Source: Takakia lepidozioides (Eukaryota > Plantae > Bryophyta). From it: a DNA stretch of 64,000 bases. Each line of letters begins with the position of its first letter. Within the stretch, counting starts at the first letter, position 1. Location of the stretch: NCBI GenBank assembly GCA_030704615.1, contig CM060733.1:3348001-3412000 (forward strand), given 5' to 3'. Below are positions 38,521 to 49,657 of the stretch, in pieces. Below the pieces are notes generated by a model. The model searched no databases. It was not told where the DNA came from and saw nothing but the letters and a program-made list of their open reading frames with translations. The position numbers and the translations under genes were made by a program.

Positions 38521-38947
38521 GGAGGAGACGTCTTGTTCATAGTGCACACCTTCTGTTGCTGTGCTCATTCTAGAAACTTGGAAATTATATTAATCACAAG
38601 CTCATAAGCTATATCTTAGAGATGATCATTCTATACCCATATTATCATAAGCAAGGGAGGTCAGGACCCCACAACACCTTTTAAAAGGGAGAATCGGTAG
38701 CCATCATTTCACTCTCTTATAGATGACACGAATGAGAAGTAACACAAGTTGAAGCCTGAGTTCGTACCCTCACTAGATGGTCATCTTCTAGATGTTTTGT
38801 CCATTGTATCTACTTAGAGAAGCTTCATGCCGTGATTAGGACATAGGCTCCACTAGAAGGCTCCACTTGAATTGGTCGAAGAATTCCAGCCCTTGCTTTC
38901 CTAGGATTAAGGACTTACTCTAAATGCGTGAGAGAAAGAGAAAGAGA

Positions 38948-39447
38948 NNNNNNNNNNNNNNNNNNNNNNNNNNNNNNNNNNNNNNNNNNNNNNNNNNNNN
39001 NNNNNNNNNNNNNNNNNNNNNNNNNNNNNNNNNNNNNNNNNNNNNNNNNNNNNNNNNNNNNNNNNNNNNNNNNNNNNNNNNNNNNNNNNNNNNNNNNNNN
39101 NNNNNNNNNNNNNNNNNNNNNNNNNNNNNNNNNNNNNNNNNNNNNNNNNNNNNNNNNNNNNNNNNNNNNNNNNNNNNNNNNNNNNNNNNNNNNNNNNNNN
39201 NNNNNNNNNNNNNNNNNNNNNNNNNNNNNNNNNNNNNNNNNNNNNNNNNNNNNNNNNNNNNNNNNNNNNNNNNNNNNNNNNNNNNNNNNNNNNNNNNNNN
39301 NNNNNNNNNNNNNNNNNNNNNNNNNNNNNNNNNNNNNNNNNNNNNNNNNNNNNNNNNNNNNNNNNNNNNNNNNNNNNNNNNNNNNNNNNNNNNNNNNNNN
39401 NNNNNNNNNNNNNNNNNNNNNNNNNNNNNNNNNNNNNNNNNNNNNNN
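38948..39447. other. Assembly gap (exactly 500 N)
   Basis: Round-number N run, typical of a scaffolding join of unknown true size. Confidence 0.99.
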
Positions 39448-40932
39448 CCACCAGGGTGGACCGCCACGCCACGGAATGCAAGTCCAAATTGGTACCTTTC
39501 AGAAGCTCGCGTGACAATGCCGTGTCACCTCAACCACGCTTGGGGGACAACTTTAATCTCTATTCGCCAGTAGGCCAGTCTGGGTGATGAAAGCTGTGAT
39601 GTTCTTGCCAGAATCGGGAACCACAAAAGACTTGCACCGGTGGATCTCGAATAAAGGTCTCTCAGTTTGGGTTGGTTTGCCTACCACTACAGCAGAAGCG
39701 CCATCACCAAAGATGGCTGCTGTCACGAAATTGTTTATGAGGGTGTATTCTGGATCGATGTTCTGGATTGGGACGGAGGGGACTTCGACGCAGAGTACGA
39801 GAACACGGTTGGCAGGATTGGCCTGGGCAATCTCAAAGGCTGAACGCAGGCCAACCATTCCGGCATGGCACCCAAAGAAGACGGCCGATTGGTGTTTGGC
39901 GGTATTTGGAAGATTTAGCGCTTTAACCAACTGGATGTCAAGAGCTGGTAGGGTCATGCCAGTGGTTGAGAACGTCATGATATGGGTGATGTCGGCTCTG
40001 TCCCTCCCAACCGCTAGAGCGCGTGTTGCGGCAAGCTCAGAAATCTTCAGTGCCGCAGGCGCAAACAAGGACAATCGGTCATCCAAGGAAGGTGTACCAA
40101 AGTTGTAGAGGCTCGGGTAGCTTTTAGCCTGTTGGGGAGATAACGCTGAGTACTTTTTTGATATGCCAGGAAGCTTTGCTGCATGATCAAGCATACGTCC
40201 ACGGATGTTACGCACCAGCTGTCTAGCGACTGTTGTAGCACTAATTATAATTATGTTGACCTCAAAATTGCAACAGGGTGTGTAGGTTCACTTCAGCGAC
40301 ATGAGAAGTATCCAACTATCAATATTCAAAGATCCAAATTACAAAGGAACTTTCCCGCACTATATTATTTCCAGATCATTTTCAGCTCCGTTCTAAGTGC
40401 TGTAGCATGGGGAGCAGTTCAAGCAGTTCAAACTGGCCTGTAAACCCGATCGTCAATCATCTAAGATTCCAAATATAAGCTGAACTCACGACCTCTAGAT
40501 TATCCATCAAGAAATTACAAGGCAAGGTGGAGGTCCTGGGCACAGGACTGGTTAGGGAAGTCGTGGAATTTGAACTTAACCAATGCGGTCCAAGAAGTAC
40601 CTTCCTTCTGGGGGCACCTGAAATTCTTTATCTTCGAACATCCGAGCAAAGTCTTTCATCTCAAAGGACCAGTCGGGATTGGCTGAACCAATTCCCAGAA
40701 CGCATGGCACGCCTGTTGCGGCCACCGGTTCCGAAACGGGTGAGGAAACATGGGGCGCGTGACCATTGCTGCTGTTCTTCAGATTGAGCGATGGAGTATC
40801 ACTAGCGGCTGGAATTTTTGATGGGCCACTTAGTGCTAGAGTCCCATTTGCGGCGGTCAAGCAACTCGTTGCCAGCAGGCCTTTGGTCGACCCATTTGCT
40901 GAGGACGTTTCCAGAAAATCGGTGATTGCCAT
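39448..40932 (-). CDS. Second type III polyketide synthase (ORS-like), 3' end lost in gap; exons 40932-40581 and 40178-<39448
   Basis: VLGIGSANP, FFGCHAG and IFGDGASA motifs, with the same first intron as the PKS at 27021. ELLKGTNLDLHSVAW and VHPG are recoverable through indels just before the gap. It has a ~75-aa Ser/Ala-rich N-terminal extension. Confidence 0.85.
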
Positions 40933-42386
40933 ACTGCAGAAGGACAGCCAATAGCTGAAGTGAAAGCAAAGTCAGAACTGTAGGGAGAGAGCTGGACGAC
41001 CTCGACCCGCAAGGGGCAAATTATCGCACTAGTGATACCTGCTAGAAGTGGACCGAATGTGGGATGAAAATCGGCAATTCGGAACAGCAGTTTTGTATCC
41101 TGAGGCTAAAGCCAAGGAAGCTAGTACAATACTGAGGGAAACAATAACCGCTCAGAAGTGAGCTTAGAAGCTGGGAACAGACAGCAGCCGGTTCAACTAA
41201 AAGGAGGTGAGCAGCAAGAAGATGGAGACTTAGGACTACTCGGCACTTGGGCTTAAATACATCTCGGAAGGAAGTAGGTGCGTGCTGATTTGACTGAAAA
41301 CCTCTCCTCTCTTAATTGTAGCCTGTACACGTCAAATTGCAGGGCTCTTTATGTTGATCGTGCATGAGTCAGTGGCCTCCCCAACACTCAGCATATACAA
41401 ATTACTCTCCAGCAAGTCTGAACTTCACGAAGGGAAAAGAATTCACATGATTAACCAGAATCTGCAGGGGGGCTATGACCTGGCATTCTCTTCGGCCTAG
41501 AAAGTAGAATAAAACCAGCGAATGGCTCCACTCTGTTCATATTGCAAGTCTACATCAACTCTATCAATGTAGGTAGGATTGTAGTATAAGATATCACAAT
41601 AAGATAAAATTGCTGAAAAGAAAATGTTGCTATTGAAAAAAAATTGAAATTTAGAAACGAAATACCTTTCAGTCACGTGGGTAGTAGTAAAAACTTGAAA
41701 TTCAAGGGACAAATATGAAGAGATAAAACTAATGAAACTTAGGGATACTGAAGGGAACTGAATACAATGGAATTGGATGTGATATGATAAATCTGGAATG
41801 AATTGAATATAATGGACTTCCAAAAATTTAGTTATTACTAATCTTTGTCAATATCAAATACAATATATATACACATATATATTTGATTTTGTAGCAGTAC
41901 TAAAAAAGAGGAAGAAATATATCTTTTCTTACTTTTCTTTTTTTTTCTTTTTGTAAACAGGGGACAGTGGCCCTGGCTGTAAGTTTTATTTGGACTTATA
42001 AGTTACTTATTAAAATACTCAGAAAAATATTAGTTCACTATCACTCCTTCTCCATACCTACATATAGCACTCATCACAGGGGATGAAAGGGTGATAATAG
42101 ATTACTGAAATTTTAAATGTTTGACTAGTACTTTTCCTTTCCCTTGGCCCTCCGAAGCACAAAACAACTGGGCCACATATCCCTAGTGTATTTAGGGGGC
42201 GCCTATTTAGCGGATTTCCCGCCTGTCAGTGCAGTGCATTCTCTCGAAATGGAATGCACCGGTAGATTATGCGCCCCGTGTAATGCACTGCTGCTCATCT
42301 TTTACTCTCAGGAAAAGAAATGTGTCCAGTTCTTTACGCTGGGGAGGGCCTCTCGTGTCGGGCCCTCCAGTAAATTTATGCCCTCC

Positions 42387-42894
42387 TGTAAAGCCAGATT
42401 CTCACCCACCCCGTTATTCCTCTTCCTCTACGGGTGTTGAGCTATCAGGGAGATGTGTGCTCGGTAAAGCAGGCTAGCGAGATAGGCAGGATCCAACGGA
42501 GAAGAGTCAGAATCAGTCACACGGTTTAACAGCACATCCTCACTCACACCTTCTTCATCCAAAACCCACACAGAGGTATAGTAGGGTTTCCTCACCAAAC
42601 ATACACCGCCGCCTTAAGCGTCGTGTTGATCTCTTTTACAAACGAAGGCCCACAATCTCATCTAACCAAGTGGCAAGCCCTGATTGGTCACTTGGATGCC
42701 ATCCGGGTGTCTGTCCAGATAAGACGCCACCTCATTCTATTTTAGAGATAAACTAGCTCTTAACATAAGACAACACTTAGTTTAAAAATAGATTGTTTCC
42801 GGCTGTTTCATCCGAGCCTTTTTTCAATGGTCATCATCCAACGTCTGTTCATCCAAATGTCGAAAAGGTAGGTAGAAGGAATCTGGCCATTACA
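42387..42894 (-). repeat. 3' LTR (508 bp)
   Basis: TGTAAAGCCAGATTC...GAATCTGGCCATTACA; direct repeat of 49658-50117 plus 51266-51296. Confidence 0.88.
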
Positions 42895-43218
42895 TATGTA
42901 AAGCCTCCTGGCACACAGAGAAGTGAGCTCAAGTGAGCTAGCTAAATAAACACTATGCTCAAAACAGGGAGCAGGGTCATTCAAGGTCACACCAAGATAG
43001 GATGAAAAAACCGCAAAAAGGAAAACCTTGCTCTGCAATTTGAGCGAAGGACAAAACCTTGTTGTGGAAAAACCCTATCTTGTGAGGTGTGCAACTTGAA
43101 GAACTACAAAGAAAACTGAGAGAGATCCTATGTAGGGAGCAGCTGAATAAAAAACAGTGTCATGAGGAAGTCTAGGTAGCAACTGAATCAGAATCAAGCC
43201 GAGCACGCTTCTTCGGAG

Positions 43219-46200
43219 TTAAACCACATGCCGATTCTCCACATTGAGGCAGGTCAAATCAAACTGCAGCTTAGAAGGGACCAGTTGAGAAACATGAACT
43301 GTCCCTGCAATCTCCGCCGTAGAAGGATGCTGAGGAAGAAGACGGTACTGTCGACCAGGCAGAATCGCATGAATCAGATAAGGCCCATCAATCCGCATCT
43401 TGGATTTGGTGACCTGTTTGCCAGGCTGCAATCTAACACAAACAGTCTGGCCTAGAGAAATTTTTTCAGAATAAACAACCCTACGGTTATAATTTCTAGC
43501 CTGAGCAACCGAGGTCCTGTAGGCAAATATGAGAATGGGTAGAGTAACATCCCAGTCTTCAGTGAGAGCCCCGTTCTTTTTTAACAACTGGCACATGGCT
43601 TTGTTGAACCTCTCTGTAAGCCCGTTGCACTTGGGGTTGTAGGGAGCAGTCAAGCGATGCTTGACATCTGTATTAAAGCACACAACCTCCATAAGCTGAT
43701 TACAAAACTCCGTACCCTGATCAGTTAAAATTTCAAGGTGACAACCATGGCGTAGCAGGATTTCATCAAAGAAGAATTGAACCACCTCATCACTGTCCTT
43801 AGCAACCAACAGTCAGATCTCAACCCACTTAGACAGGTAATCAGTAGCACACCAATGTAGCTATTGCCCTTAGTCGTAGTTCTGAGGGGTCCAACAAGAT
43901 CAAGCCAACTCGGGCAAACATCTCAGTCACCGGAATTGGTTGTAATTTAAGAGGAGCTATGGTCCTAGGCAGCAATGTTTTAGACTTACATGGAACACAC
44001 TTAGAAATGAAATCTGCCACATCCTTAGTTAACCCTTTCCAATGGTATTTTTCCTGGAGTCGCTTGACAGTTTTATCAACGCCTAGATGACCAGCATATA
44101 GTGAGCAATGGTAAAGCTCAAGCAACGCAGGCATAGAGCTCCTAGTAGGGACCTCCACGGCAGTCTCTTGCCCATGAACATGAACTACCTTAAGCAACTT
44201 ACCTTCATGTTCCCGATGAGAGGGGAGATGATAGTTGACTTGCTTGAGGAGATGGGAAGAGAGGCCCGACAGATGAGTGTTGGTCTTACACTTCTGGAGG
44301 AGGGCTTGGTGAAGTAGGTCCTCCATGGTTGCAGCTACCATAGCCAGCCCTTGGGTTAGTGTGAGCCTATCGGAGTGTCCGCCTCAGTGATCTCCAGGGG
44401 AAGGCTGTCAGCTCAACTGAATGATAAGGGAGACTTCATGAAGATGCAACCAAGGACAATGAAGCACAATAGCAGATTTCCCTATGGAGAGGATTCAGCG
44501 CCAAAACCAGAACTAGAAGAAGAAATGGACAGTTCAATCATAGAAGAGAGAGTGATATCATACCTAGAATATTACCGCAGTGATAGTACAGCACTCTAAA
44601 CCAACTTCAACCAGCAGAAAAGGAGAGCAAATCCCATTCAGACATGAGATCAAGTGGAAGAAAATGAACAGTGGCAAACAAAGCAAGTAAATCGGACCCG
44701 TCAGGAGAGGAAGAAGGCAAGGATGAAGCACCAAATGGTAAGCAGTGTGCAAGGTCATCTAAAGTACCACAAGGGTCAGAGGACTTAGTCTCCGTGCGTG
44801 TGAGAGCGTCAGCATTGCTGTTGGCTTTGCCCTTCTTGTACTCAATGTCGTATTCAAACATTTGAAGAGTAAGTGACCACCGAGCCAAGCGTCCCGAGAG
44901 TGCTCGTGGGGTTTTGAGAGCCTTCAAAGGAAGATGACCAGTCTGAATAACAAAGGGCAGCCATGGAGATACTGCCGGAAATGTTTTACCCCAAAAATGA
45001 CTGCAAGGCCCTCTTTATCAGTGATACTATAGTTCTTTTCATGTTTGTCAAGCCGCCTGGAAGCATAGGCCACCACATGTTCCATGCCATTTCTCTTTTG
45101 GCATAGAATAGCTGAAACAGCCAGGTCAGAGGCATCAGTCTGAAGAATAAATGGTAGGGAAAAATCAAGAAAGACCAGAATGCGTGCACAAGCGAGGGCA
45201 ATTTTGAGTTTCTCAAAAGCAGTGATTTGGGACTTGCCCCAAAGAAGCGAACATCTTTGCATAACAACTGATTAAGCGCAACGGCAATGTAATGAAACGA
45301 CGATATTAAGAGGCTAACCCAAGAAAAGCATGGACACAATTTTTGTTACGTGGAGTAGGATATTCCCCAACAGCCTGTATTTTGGCAGGATCAGGGCTAA
45401 TGCCTTGGGCTGAGAGAAGGTGACCAAGAAAATGAAGCTCCGTCATGCACATGTCACATTTCTTGGCTTTCACTTTGAGACCTGCTCCTCTGAGCCTGCA
45501 CAAAACGCGCTTCAGGTCCAGCATGTGAGAATCAAAGTCAGCTGAGTAAACGTTGATGTCATCAACATATACCAATGCACATTCCCAGCGCAAGTTCCCT
45601 AGAACAACATCCATGAGACATTGAAATGTGGCAGTGGCATTACATAATCCAAAAGGCATGGTTTCAAACTGAAAGAGGCCCATCTTACAGGTAAATGCAG
45701 TTTTCTCCTTGGCTGACTCTGTGAGGGGAACCTGCCAAAAACCCGCAGCAAGATCCAAGGAAGAGAAGAGAGTGGCACCATTGAGTTGATCCAAAGTATC
45801 ATTAATGCGAGGTAAAGGATATACATCTTTTTTAGTTAGGGCATTGAGACGTCGAAAATCAACACAGAAACGGGTGGTACCATTCTTTTTGGCAACCAAC
45901 ACGATGGGGCTGGCCCAGGGGGAAATAGAGGGTTTAATAACGCCTGCATCCAGCATCTTGGTCAGTTGGTTTTGCATAATTTCGCGCTTTTTGACGCTCT
46001 CTCTATAAGCATATTGTTTGACAGAGCTACCTTCAGTGATAATGTCATGATGTAGAACCTCGGTACGTCCCAAATCATGAGAACTAGCACTAAAAACATC
46101 AAGATTGTCACGAATAATACGAAATAAACGAGACCTCTCATTGTCAGTGAGACCAGAGCCTATTTTGATATCAGTCAGGACTTGATCAAGATGAGCAGAT

Positions 46201-47232
46201 TGCGCATGAGTGAGGGGACTGACCTGGGGTGCAGCGACAGATTGTGCTAAGAGATGCAATTGATCTACAGGATCATCTGACAGGCCAATGTCAGCAAAAC
46301 TTAAAGCATGTTGCACCTCTCCTAAATATGTCAATGGGGTGGCAGTGAGTCGAGCGAGGACCTGACCCTTGCGGATGGTGATAGGTATGCATTCTGGGTT
46401 GGCAACAAGAAGTCTGAGCTCCCCTCGAAAGCCCCAATCTAGCACCCCGGATGTAATTAAACAATGTTTGGAAAGCATCAAACATTTCCACCCCTCGACT
46501 TCAAGATAATGACCTTGTGGACAAAGAAATGTGAGGCCAAGATAAACAATTTTTTGGGAGGAGGCAGGTATGACAAAGTCAGCGGGATTGTGAAGAAGAG
46601 TGGTGTTACCAGGGATTGCAATGGGAGGGCCACTCTTCTTACCAGGCAAAGGTAGCTGCCACTGATGCAGGGTGAAGGGAGCCGTCTTGGCAAAGTTAAA
46701 GTAGCGTGTCCAGTTGTATTGCTCACCCACCTGCCGCTTTGTTTCAGCAACAAGGGTTTGCATGTGGGAGAGATGGGTAGTGGCACAACCAGCAGGCAAG
46801 ATAGAGTTGAGTTGCACCTTGTGGGGGGAGGAGCTGCCACTGGCAAGCCACATGATGTTTTCAACTACATCAATCTTTTGCCCCTACAACACACATCCAA
46901 TCCAAGCCTAACAGCAACTGCTCACCAATGGTGACGATACAAGTTAGTGTGACCGACTTGCAACTGACCTTAATGGGGACGGTGACCAAACCTAGGGGTT
47001 CATAACGTGTGCCATCTGCAATGGTCACCTGCAGACCCTTGGCTGAAGTGAGTTTGAGACCAAGTAGTCGATCCATGGACAATGGAACAGCAGACATGGT
47101 ACAGCCTGTGTCAACTACACATGAAAATGAGAGGTGCCCTATGTGACATTGAGTTATGAGAGGGTGCACTCTCTCCTTCCTAAGCTTTCTATTGGCTTCA
47201 CAATGCATCAACTTGAATTCATTGGATAACAT
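43219..47232 (-). pseudogene. pol: aspartic protease, dUTPase-like domain, RT, RNase H, integrase (frameshifted)
   Basis: VVDTGCTMS (PR), GVLDWGFRGE (dUT-like), RFCVDFRRLN, MPFGL and VYVDD (RT), LQTDASD (RH), H-x5-H...CxxC, TDQGTEF and NGLTERFN (INT). Confidence 0.9.
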
Positions 47233-47268
47233 TACAGAAACAATGAAGTCATCCTTCGCAGGGTGTGT

Positions 47269-47316
47269 GGGCTACTGACCGCTTGGCCCCTTCACAAGCG
47301 ATCGGGTTCGTTTAAA
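47269..47316 (-). promoter_or_regulatory. -1 programmed ribosomal frameshift signal (U UUA AAC plus H-type pseudoknot) at the gag-pol junction
   Basis: Minus strand reads CCT TTA AAC GAACCC GATCGCTTG TGAAG GGGC CAAGCGGTC AGTA GCCC. The -1 frame is the protease frame. Confidence 0.75.
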
Positions 47317-48521
47317 GGTTGTTTGCCCCTCTGTTCGCGTTGAATGCGTTTGTGTTCTTCAATCATACCAGGGACAAGAGTGGCATAGGTGCAGAAGCGG
47401 GTCCAGTGCTCAAGTGACCCACAAATGAACCAAGCCACACGTTTACCTTGAACCTCATACCGTGGGCCAGTCTAAGTGTGGCCACGATGAGAATCAGCAG
47501 GAGGAGGCTTGGCAGGTGTGGCCCTCCAGGATCCTTCTGCCCTTACAGCCTGAAGCTGAGTATGCAGCTCTTGTTGTAGGTTTTTAACTTCCTCCAGCAA
47601 TGTAGGAGAGGTCTCTGTAGAGCCACCCTTAACCATGGCAACCCCATGAGAACAGTCGGAAGTATGCTGATGAGCAGAATTAACAACAGGCTGATAGCCT
47701 TTGCCTAGTTTAGCATTCTTAAACCACATACGCTCATCCATCATCTCTACCATATGTCTCTCATTGCGATAAGGATGCTTTTGTAGGTAGACTTGATCAG
47801 AGGCAGGCAATCCGGTAATGAAGTAGGTTTTAAGGACGGCAATCCGTTCAGAAGGTACTGGAATGGCCTTGACCACCGTGATTTTCAAGTCAGTATAGTA
47901 TTTCCAGATACTCTCACCAGGTTGATAAGGACGATCAGGCATGGTGTAATTGATGGGCATGTCTGCATGTAACAACTGAAGTGCCAACTGCTTGGCCACT
48001 CCCCATTGCAACTCACCCTGATCCTTGATACTAGCTTCAAAGAGGTCACGAGCCTCACCTTTGAGACAAAAACGAAAGGAATCAGTAATCATAGAAGCTG
48101 ACAGCTCATTGAATTTAACACTCATCTCAAAAAAATTGAGGAAGTTGTCAAAGTCTTGGCCTACCTCATAATCAGGATAAGGCCGTTTGTGAGCACGATG
48201 GATCTCCTTGAGCTTGGTAACTGAGGGCGAACCTACTTGTTTATCCAAAAAGAGCTGCATAAGAGCTGGACAACTAGACAACGTAGCCATAACATCACAA
48301 ATGCCTTGACTATTTAGGTTAGGCACATTACTAGAGGCTGGAGGGACCCCTTGGGTCGGACTAGTATTATCACCTGGTAGTGGCTCCTCAGGAGACAAGG
48401 TTTCAGACATAGGATCAGGAAGAGCGTCACCATCAACTTTCACATCATCAGTAAGATCCACATCATGCAACTCATCTAGCACATTCCAGGGCTCCTTGCC
48501 AGACCGAGTAGTGACAGGCAT
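47292..48521 (-). pseudogene. gag (capsid-like plus zinc knuckle), premature TAG at 47472
   Basis: 349-aa ORF MPVTTRSG... The same frame beyond the TAG gives WFICGSLEHWTRFC (CCHC knuckle with first Cys changed to Trp). Confidence 0.8.
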
Positions 48522-48553
48522 TGTAGTCTGTCATGTTAAAAAAAACAAAGTGG

Positions 48554-49476
48554 TCACCTTCGGCTGGAGGATCGTGCAGGACGCAATTTGGACTCCCAGT
48601 CCTTGATACAATAGCCACTTATGAATCTTTGTTTGTGAAGCATGTAAACACCTTCACCCAGAAAGTGCCACAGTTCTTCGTCCACTTTGAGCCAGAAAGC
48701 CACTCGAATAATGGAGCGGATAAGCTTTTCCTTGGCAAGCAGTGTATGCACTGGATAATCAGTAACAGGAAATCCAGGCAAGTAGTAACCCAGTCGTTCA
48801 TGTCTAAACACAATTGCAAGGAAAATCAAAATATCATGCACAGTATGAGGAAAGCGAGAGACGAAAATGCCTGCAACATGGTCATCCCAAGTTATGTCCA
48901 CATTGTAGTCAGGTTGCCAAGTAGACCGCAGGTTGGCCAAGACAAGTGAACTGCCTCCTTTCACCAGCTCCCACAGACGATGCGCACTGGGTAAGTTGGG
49001 CGGAAGGAAGTTTTCGCACTCGCCAGCAACCTCCCCGGCTACGGTGAATTGCGGAATACCAAGTTCACCCACGAGAGCCGCCAACCTTTCAAGAGCTTGT
49101 CTTTGGCCTCAGGTAATGGAAGCTTGCGGGCTATCTCCGTAGCAAAGAGTCGCTGCAGGGCCTTGGCCGCTCGGGCCCCTTCAAAGGCTTGGATACACTT
49201 TCGCCTTTGCTCCGCTTCTTCTTGCGGGGTGTGGGTGGGCTTCAAACCCTCCAACGCAGCTGTTAACTCAAATTGAGCCACCCAGTGATCAGAAGGTACG
49301 TCGAGGACTAATTCAGGGCGTTCAACCGAGGCACCAAGAGGCGGATAATAAACTTCAACCACCAGGCTAGGATCAATCGAAGCACGCGCAATGCTGGCAA
49401 AAATCGACTCAAAATGACCAGCGGGAGTTTCTTTGTACGCCTGGAGCTCAGCTGGAGGATTAGAAGACGAGGCCAT
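48554..49476 (-). pseudogene. Extra ORF of unknown function between PBS and gag (one frameshift near 49080)
   Basis: Overlapping ORFs 49039-49581 (ATG MASSSNPP at ~49476) and 48554-49084 with globular-protein-like composition. Confidence 0.55.
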
Positions 49477-49643
49477 TACCGTAGGTTGCAGAAGTGCAAG
49501 CAGATACCGTGAAAGCCAGGAGCAAACAAAAACACGAGCGAGAACTGAAACAGTAGAGCGCCGCCATGGTAACAGTGTCAACGTACAGCTACCTGACGTA
49601 CAAGGAAGGAATGTGCAGCTAATGATTAACGAAATCCTGCAAC

Positions 49644-49657
49644 CCCATCTCCACCAA
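49644..49657 (-). promoter_or_regulatory. Primer-binding site complementary to the tRNA-Ala 3' end
   Basis: Minus strand TGGTGGAGATGGGG immediately after the 5' LTR; eukaryotic tRNA-Ala ends ...ATCTCCACCA. Confidence 0.7.

Noticed and set aside
38907-39587. Long ORFs in the ORF track spanning X residues
   Set aside because: Artefacts of the N gap.
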